From Candidatus Velamenicoccus archaeovorus (GTDB lineage: Bacteria; Omnitrophota; Gorgyraeia; Velamenicoccales; Velamenicoccaceae), in the NCBI RefSeq assembly GCF_004102945.1, contig NZ_CP019384.1, positions 1,380,001-1,412,000 of the forward strand: 32,000 nt of DNA, in the 5' to 3' direction. The notes beneath the pieces are model-generated. The model was not told where the DNA came from and did no database searches. It was given only the letters and a program-made list of their open reading frames with translations. Position 1 is the first letter of the stretch. The number at the start of each line of letters is the position of its first letter. Position numbers and translations under genes: made by a program. Of the stretch, positions 29,513 through 32,000 are shown piece by piece.

Positions 29513-30520
29513 ATGAAACAGCGCCTTCAATACCCCATCCATAACAGGAGGGGCAAATATCTTGCCCTCCTCCTTTCTTTTATCGTCGGGATATTGTCCG
29601 GGATATCCGGTCAAATCCTTCTCAACAAATACCTGCGGAACAAAGGGCCAACCTTCCAGGAAATCCGCAAAGGGGGCTACGCCTTCATCAGTCCGCTGAT
29701 CGACTGCGAAACCCAGGAGGTCATGCCGGAGCTTATCAATTTCAGGAAGAAGATAGCGGATGCCGTGCGCAGGCTGCTGGACAACAAGGAAGCGCTCGAT
29801 ATCAGCATTTATTTTCGCGACCTGAATAACGGCCCCTCGTTTTCCATCAACGAAAACAAAGGATTTTCTCCCGGAAGCCTGTTGAAAATCCCGGTCATGA
29901 TGGCTTACTTCAAAAAAGCGGAAACCGACCCGGATATCCTGAAAAAGACGCTGACGTATCAAGCGAAGCCGACAGACAACGTGGTATTCTTTGAGCCTGC
30001 CCAAAAACTGAAGTCGGGCGAGTCGTATACCATAGAAGAATTGATCCGAAGAATGATCATTTATTCTGACAATGAAGCAGCAAGCCTGCTGGTTGAAAAC
30101 GACAAGACCACCTTCAGCTCTGTCCAAAAAAACCTGGGTATCGAATACTGGGAATACGACCAGCCGCCAGGAACGATGCGCGACAGATCCTACGCCTCTC
30201 TCTTCAGGGTCCTCTTTAACGCTTCATATCTCAATGCCGCCCTGTCGGAGAAGGCCTTGGAGCTCTTGAGCGAAACCCAGTTTCCGTTTGGCTTGAGGGC
30301 TGGGGTCCCGGCAGAAATCAAGGTCGCCCACAAGTTCGGCGAACGCGGCGAAGGCCTGGTCTTATACCTGCACGACTGCGGCATTATTTATTATCCCCGC
30401 CACCCCTATCTTCTCTGCATCATGACAAAGGGGGGCAGCATGAAAAGCCTCGACAAGATCATCCAGGAAATCTCGCGCCTTGTCTATGAGGAAGTGGACA
30501 GGCAAGCCTCCGCCTCTTAA
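29513..30520 (+). CDS. Serine hydrolase, class A beta-lactamase-like, N-terminally anchored
   Basis: GSLLK (SxxK), YSDNEA (SDN) and HKFGE (KxG-like). N-terminal TM segment LALLLSFIVGILSGISGQILL. Confidence 0.8.
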   Translation: MKQRLQYPIHNRRGKYLALLLSFIVGILSGISGQILLNKYLRNKGPTFQEIRKGGYAFISPLIDCETQEVMPELINFRKKIADAVRRLLDNKEALDISIYFRDLNNGPSFSINENKGFSPGSLLKIPVMMAYFKKAETDPDILKKTLTYQAKPTDNVVFFEPAQKLKSGESYTIEELIRRMIIYSDNEAASLLVENDKTTFSSVQKNLGIEYWEYDQPPGTMRDRSYASLFRVLFNASYLNAALSEKALELLSETQFPFGLRAGVPAEIKVAHKFGERGEGLVLYLHDCGIIYYPRHPYLLCIMTKGGSMKSLDKIIQEISRLVYEEVDRQASAS

Positions 30521-30594
30521 ACTTCTTTCCTTCTGTCTCGGCGAAAAAATCGAATCCTGTCAGCCCATGCAAGCGGCGGCTGATGCACGGCCAA

Positions 30595-32000
30595 TCAATA
30601 AACAAATTTCGCATACAGGTGTTCGACGGGAGCAAAATCGTCCGTCAGAAGGCAGGCATCCTCCCTTTCGGCCTCTGAGACATCACGGGAAAACCGTGCG
30701 CACTCCGCCAGGCGGGGCACCTTGATGCGTCCCGAGCGCGCTTGGCCGTCGAGAAGATCGTATAATTCCTGGAATTCCAATCTCTCCCTTTGGCGGCTCG
30801 CCACCATAATGATGTTCATAGGCCTGGCCTTGTCCTGCGGAAGATCAGAAAGAACGCCCGGAAAAACATACACCTGCGCGAACACCGATGCCATGGTTTT
30901 ATAAACGGAACGGAACAGCGCGCCACCGGCCCCCTCCAGGGGGCTGATCAGATTAAAAGCAACCGCGCCGTCTTCTTCAAGCTTTTCATTTACCTCCGAA
31001 AAAAACTCCCTCGTCAAAAGGTGAAAAGGCACGTGGCCGCCCGCGTTGAATACGTCGATGACCACGACATCGTATTTTTCTCTCGTCTTCTGGACGAACC
31101 TCCTGCCGTCATCGACATAAGTCCGAAGCCGGGGCGCGGGAAAAAAGAAAAAGTAATCACGGCTGGCCTTGATGACCGAAGGATCGATCTCCACGACATC
31201 GATCTCGGCATCCGCATAATCGCACAAATAATTCCTCGGCGCGATCCCCCCGCCGCAGCCGATAAACAACACCCTTTTCATTTTCGGAGAGAAGGCCACC
31301 GGAAGATGCAACAGGCTTGTCGTGTTGTGGATGGAGCCGTATGGAACAGACAACGTGATGCCCGACTGTTCAATCCGATTGTCGAAACGCAGCTTTCGTA
31401 TGCCCGCGGCCGGCTCATCGGTAACAACAAGATGGTTATAGAAGGACCCTTTCTGGAAAACAATCACTTCGCCCGGGGAGGTTTCGACGAGCTGAGGCAA
31501 GGGGACTGTCACAAACAGCCAGGGCAGGGCAAAAACGGAAAGAGACGCCAGGCGCACGGGGCGGGCCGGCATCGTCAAAAAAACGACCGCGGAAACCAAA
31601 AGCAGAACAGAGCCCAATACAATAAAAATAGAAAATACTCCCAGGTGTCCGATCAGGAAAAAAGCCGTAAAGAGCGTGCCCAAGACATTGCCGGCCGTCG
31701 ACCAGGCGTAAAGCTCCCCCGTCACGTTACCGACGTTGGCGATATTTTTGACGCTGAATTTGACGGCAAAGGGAGATATGATGCCCAAGATGAAACTCGG
31801 CAAAAAGAAGATCAGGCAAGAAGAGACCAAAGACCCCAGCCTGTCTCCGATCTGAAAAAGAAGCATCTTGTTGACGGGGCCGGAAACAAAAGGGACGGCA
31901 ATGGTCAAAAGCCCGGCCCCCAGCAGCAAGGCCGCCCAGAGGGCATAAGAAGGTTTCCTGTCCGCCAGACGCCTCCCACGTAATAACCGCAGGCCAACGC
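30595..32000 (-). CDS. Membrane-fused spermidine-synthase-like protein (N-terminus beyond window)
   Basis: The C-terminal domain VLFIGCGGGIAPRNY ... EIDVVEIDPSV ... DVVVIDVF is an aminopropyl/methyltransferase fold, and the N-terminal part is polytopic. The track start at 31929 is a TTG, and the frame remains open to the window edge. Confidence 0.8.
   Translation of the reverse strand, partial: VGLRLLRGRRLADRKPSYALWAALLLGAGLLTIAVPFVSGPVNKMLLFQIGDRLGSLVSSCLIFFLPSFILGIISPFAVKFSVKNIANVGNVTGELYAWSTAGNVLGTLFTAFFLIGHLGVFSIFIVLGSVLLLVSAVVFLTMPARPVRLASLSVFALPWLFVTVPLPQLVETSPGEVIVFQKGSFYNHLVVTDEPAAGIRKLRFDNRIEQSGITLSVPYGSIHNTTSLLHLPVAFSPKMKRVLFIGCGGGIAPRNYLCDYADAEIDVVEIDPSVIKASRDYFFFFPAPRLRTYVDDGRRFVQKTREKYDVVVIDVFNAGGHVPFHLLTREFFSEVNEKLEEDGAVAFNLISPLEGAGGALFRSVYKTMASVFAQVYVFPGVLSDLPQDKARPMNIIMVASRQRERLEFQELYDLLDGQARSGRIKVPRLAECARFSRDVSEAEREDACLLTDDFAPVEHLYAKFVY

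Noticed and set aside
30790-31983. 397-aa plus-strand ORF
   Set aside because: It is antisense to the spermidine-synthase-like gene, which has a clear methyltransferase-fold motif. The ORF is extremely R/K/G/Q-rich.

Overview
Bacterial chromosomal window of moderately high GC with several visibly AT-rich islets; most genes are on the minus strand. I cannot assign a lineage from sequence alone. The many prepilin-type genes and dense intergenic palindromes would fit an uncultivated lineage, but that is a guess.

Gene content, left to right:
- A pseudopilin trio (GspI/J/K- or PilV/W/X-like).
- A protein with a Cys motif, a small membrane protein, DoxX, a DUF3568-like lipoprotein and CorA.
- An ArsR / 49-aa Cys-rich peptide / ArsP-like permease operon.
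- A divergent Met-rich CpxP/Spy-like periplasmic protein.
- MbfA-type ferritin-VIT1 plus a membrane protein, then a secreted coiled-coil protein.
- RlpA, a GHL10 hydrolase, two membrane proteins and an Hsp20 with an N-terminal export/anchor segment.
- An SDR.
- A DUF900 lipoprotein / transglutaminase-like / PNPOx-like operon.
- An RluA-family pseudouridine synthase and BrnT/BrnA.
- tRNA-Asn, an AT-rich Wzx flippase + GH1 beta-glucosidase cassette, recR and dnaX.
- A CheY-like receiver, tRNA-Ser(GGA), an AT-rich LAGLIDADG-like ORF, tadA and tRNA-Arg(ACG).
- A class-A-beta-lactamase-like serine hydrolase and a membrane-fused spermidine-synthase-like protein (partial).

The most unusual content is non-coding:
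1. The tRNA-Asn(GUU) gene is split in the D-loop by 276 nt that carry group-I-intron-like core pairings.
2. Decayed direct repeats of the tRNA-Asn 3' end lie next to a BrnTA islet.
3. A ~90-bp duplicate of the recR 3' end brackets a 2.6-kb AT-rich cassette.
4. Two perfect 139-bp tandem repeats, built on the T-arm/acceptor 3' sequence of tRNA-Arg(ACG), sit between that tRNA and tadA.
5. Large intergenic arrays of REP/BIME-like palindromes (GTAG + imperfect palindrome) include small hairpins with compensatory stem changes.
6. An identical hairpin abuts the Shine-Dalgarno sequence of two genes, one of them the Hsp20 gene.

All calls come from reading the sequence and the ORF track by eye. No searches or folding programs were run.
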